Below are positions 31,928 to 34,298 of a stretch of 34,298 nucleotides of DNA, piece by piece. The stretch is from NCBI GenBank assembly GCA_019056875.1, contig DXJA01000471.1, forward strand, positions 1 to 34,298. The letters run 5' to 3'. The notes beneath the pieces are model-generated. The model saw nothing but the letters and a program-made list of their open reading frames with translations, had not been told where the DNA came from and searched no databases. The DNA is from Candidatus Jordarchaeum madagascarense. GTDB taxonomy: Archaea > Asgardarchaeota > Jordiarchaeia > Jordiarchaeales > Jordiarchaeaceae. The stretch's first letter is position 1, and each line of letters starts with the position of its first letter. The position numbers and the translations under genes are program-made.

Positions 31928-34252
31928 CTAACTTTCATCGTCTTCTGTTTCCTCCTCTTCCCCTTCTGCTGATTCACCGCGCTGCCAATCTTCAAGAAAC
32001 GCTCCTGTCCGCCCGTTTTTCTTGAGACGCGTAAATAGTACTATACTGCCCAGTAACCCAGAACCCATTACTATAAGAACAACCGGTGCAGAGTAGTCAG
32101 AGTTGGTAATATCACTCAAAGAGAGGCTTAGCAATGATTTAGGTGACGAGTCAAAGCCGCCTGCTGAAGATGCTACAATGATTGTACTACTTGTTGAAAT
32201 GACGGTGTATGACTGGTTGAAACATAGCAGTATTTTGTACTCTCCAAGATTTTGTGGTGTCCACTGGGTTTGGAAATACTCAAGGTTATTCACCGTGTAT
32301 TCCTCTAAGAACACGATATTATTGTCGAGATCCATTACCAGGAGTGTAACTGGTTCACCGAGTTTGGGGGTGAAACTTAGCGAACTAAAGTTTGCCGTAA
32401 TCTGGAGACTGTTCCCAAAAGCAATCACTCCATCTTTGGCACTGGTTTCGAGGCCCGGTCTCAAGCGGTACACTGAGAATTCTACACCTTTAGTTACCGA
32501 GTCCACGGTTAAGTTACCAGCATAAGTGCAGAATATGGTATAAATACCCTCAATGCTAGGAATCCAGTCTAGAGAAAACCGGCCATAACTATCTGTGAAT
32601 ATAACATAATTCACAACACGGCTAATAGGATCATAGATGGTAACGTTTATACTGGTACCACTCTCAACAGGCTGAGAATTCAGGGTTAGATACCCCTCAA
32701 CCCGCACGGTGTCGCCAATATAAGTTATTCCAGCATTTGTATCAATGAGGTTTAACGAAAGCTCTGATTTAATTTGAACAGTAACCTGGGTAGCAGTCCA
32801 ATTCTTCGGTAGACCATCGTAATTCCTAATCCATGCTACCACTTCGTAAACACCAGGCACCTCTGGAACCCATTGATAAGCAGCGTAACCCGAATCGTTG
32901 GTAGCCCTATAGCCTAGGAGTGTGTATAAATTAGGATTGTCAACGAAAGACGCGCCGGGATAAATTACCCGGTTCACAATACTCCAACGGACGACTACCC
33001 CCGAAGCCGGATTACCATCCACCTTTACGCAGGCATTCAAAAGAATCTCGCCCATACCCAAATATATAGTATCTGGGGTAGCGCTAAATTCAGTGATTTG
33101 GTAATCGGTGGGTTGCACGGTGAATACTTCAATAAAGAATAGTGAGCCATCCGTCACATTTATGGTGTAGCTGGGGCTAGGAACCGAGGGTATTTGAAAA
33201 GAGGTGTAAACTGGTCCACTATCGCTGGTAACTAGTTGATCTGTGTGCACCGTGTTCTGATTCTCATCGGTGATGTTTACGTCGAGTGTTATCCCCCCGT
33301 GGAGAGTTTGGTACAGGTTATCTACTGCAGTAATACTGACATTAACTACTTCCGAGGAATTGTATTCGTAAGAATCGGGCACTATTCGTACACTGTAAGG
33401 ATTCTTGTTATTTAGCCAGTATAGAGTGTTTATCAGGGTTTGCAGACAGCTTTCCCCGTAAGAGTCCTGACTTATGCTGGTTATATTGTTTAGAGCCCAG
33501 TGCACCAGATAGTGATTGTCTTGATAATTATTGTATATGCTCAGGAAGTAATTATCGCCTTTTGTGATGTCCTTTGCTAAGGGAATAAGGCTTGGGGAGT
33601 TGGTTAGGATTAGGCTGTCACCATATAAGGGCAACATTATGTATCTTTGGGTAACCTCGCCGTAAAGATAGTTGGTGTCATAAATTACCTGGGTGGGATA
33701 CTGGTATACTATGTGGTAGTGGATATCCCAGTTATTGTAGCTGGTTGAAAGGCTGAGCACATGCACCCCTGTTTCCTGAACTATCATAGGTGTTATTTGA
33801 GCCCCCAGATGATTAAGAAACTCGTAACCACCGCTGCCCACTGCTAATACGGGTTTACCGATTCCGGCAATAGTTTCGGCATCACTCTGAGTAAGGCTTT
33901 CACAGGAGGTGTCCAGAATAAGAACATCAAAAGCACTGGCTACGGAAGGGTTGCTGATAAGTGTGTCTAGAAGGACCTGTGTTACTGTAAAGCCCTCAGC
34001 TTGGAGCACATCGCGCCAATCAGTAAAATAGTTGTTGCTTGGATTGGTGATGATGAGAATGCTTGGCGGATCAGCTTTTGACTGTACAGCATTGTTGTTG
34101 TTAAATCCGGGAAGAGCGAAATTGAGAATGGTCGGATTTTGTGAGAAGGTTACGAATATTGAGGATCCGGTTAGAGCCACTAAGGTTAATAGCATCAGTG
34201 TTAGCAGAGTTTTTTGCTTCAGTTTTATTCCGCTCCTTTCTTTTGGATTCAA
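31928..34252 (-). CDS. large surface (glyco)protein with N-terminal signal/anchor and C-terminal TM anchor
   Basis: The N-terminus (KQKTLLTLMLLTLVALTGSSIFV) is signal-like. The long beta-rich ectodomain has many NxS/T sequons. A C-terminal TM helix (PVVLIVMGSGLLGSIVLF) is followed by an acidic tail (EGEEEETEDDES). The start codon is uncertain (TTG 34252 or ATG 34195). Confidence 0.75.
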   Translation of the reverse strand: MNPKERSGIKLKQKTLLTLMLLTLVALTGSSIFVTFSQNPTILNFALPGFNNNNAVQSKADPPSILIITNPSNNYFTDWRDVLQAEGFTVTQVLLDTLISNPSVASAFDVLILDTSCESLTQSDAETIAGIGKPVLAVGSGGYEFLNHLGAQITPMIVQETGVHVLSLSTSYNNWDIHYHIVYQYPTQVIYDTNYLYGEVTQRYIMLPLYGDSLILTNSPSLIPLAKDITKGDNYFLSIYNNYQDNHYLVHWALNNITSISQDSYGESCLQTLINTLYWLNNKNPYSVRIVPDSYEYNSSEVVNVSITAVDNLYQTLHGGITLDVNITDENQNTVHTDQLVTSDSGPVYTSFQIPSVPSPSYTINVTDGSLFFIEVFTVQPTDYQITEFSATPDTIYLGMGEILLNACVKVDGNPASGVVVRWSIVNRVIYPGASFVDNPNLYTLLGYRATNDSGYAAYQWVPEVPGVYEVVAWIRNYDGLPKNWTATQVTVQIKSELSLNLIDTNAGITYIGDTVRVEGYLTLNSQPVESGTSINVTIYDPISRVVNYVIFTDSYGRFSLDWIPSIEGIYTIFCTYAGNLTVDSVTKGVEFSVYRLRPGLETSAKDGVIAFGNSLQITANFSSLSFTPKLGEPVTLLVMDLDNNIVFLEEYTVNNLEYFQTQWTPQNLGEYKILLCFNQSYTVISTSSTIIVASSAGGFDSSPKSLLSLSLSDITNSDYSAPVVLIVMGSGLLGSIVLFTRLKKNGRTGAFLEDWQRGESAEGEEEETEDDES

Positions 34253-34298
34253 AAAACGAGGTTATTAGTATATAAAGGATTTCGCTCACCCTTTTTGA

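Noticed and set aside
31789-31995. 68-aa minus-strand ORF bridging the end of the surface-protein gene and the start of the membrane-protein gene.
   Set aside because: It overlaps both better-supported genes in another frame, and it has no SD or recognisable sequence features.

Overview
This looks like an archaeal chromosomal fragment. It carries FEN1, RadA, a RadB-like ATPase and a Ski2/Hel308-type helicase, with frequent GGAGG/GGTGA Shine-Dalgarno sites, many TTG/GTG starts and many overlapping or coupled genes. I saw no rRNA, tRNA, CRISPR array or recognisable transposase. Left part (1-11.2 kb, minus strand): an MBL-fold hydrolase, an MglA-type GTPase plus Roadblock/MglB module with an unknown third gene, and FEN1. 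Next comes a tightly overlapping repair-type operon: a helicase with an inserted SWIM-like zinc finger, a Zn-ribbon/wHTH protein, a RadB-like ATPase and a polytopic membrane protein. An HTH protein paired with a 618-aa membrane protein follows. Middle part (12.1-21.0 kb, plus strand): a small Cys-containing protein coupled to radA, and a membrane-anchored surface protein with an M28 peptidase domain. These are followed by two membrane proteins, a HerA/VirB4-like NTPase with a degenerate P-loop and a C-terminal wHTH, and a TPR protein. The most unusual region is 19.4-30.8 kb. It holds five paralogous copies of a roughly 130-150 aa domain I cannot assign to any family (called X here). Two copies are fused to the C-terminus of long PBS-lyase-type HEAT arrays, two are standalone (one sits directly behind the TPR gene), and one follows a polyacidic tail. 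The array is interrupted at its convergence point by a visibly A/T-richer islet. The islet contains a truncated, frameshifted HNH nuclease pseudogene and a coupled three-gene cassette (small protein, 377-aa coiled-coil protein, PD-(D/E)xK-like protein). The window ends with a zinc-finger protein, a mini-HEAT protein, a polytopic membrane protein and a large glycoprotein-like surface protein.
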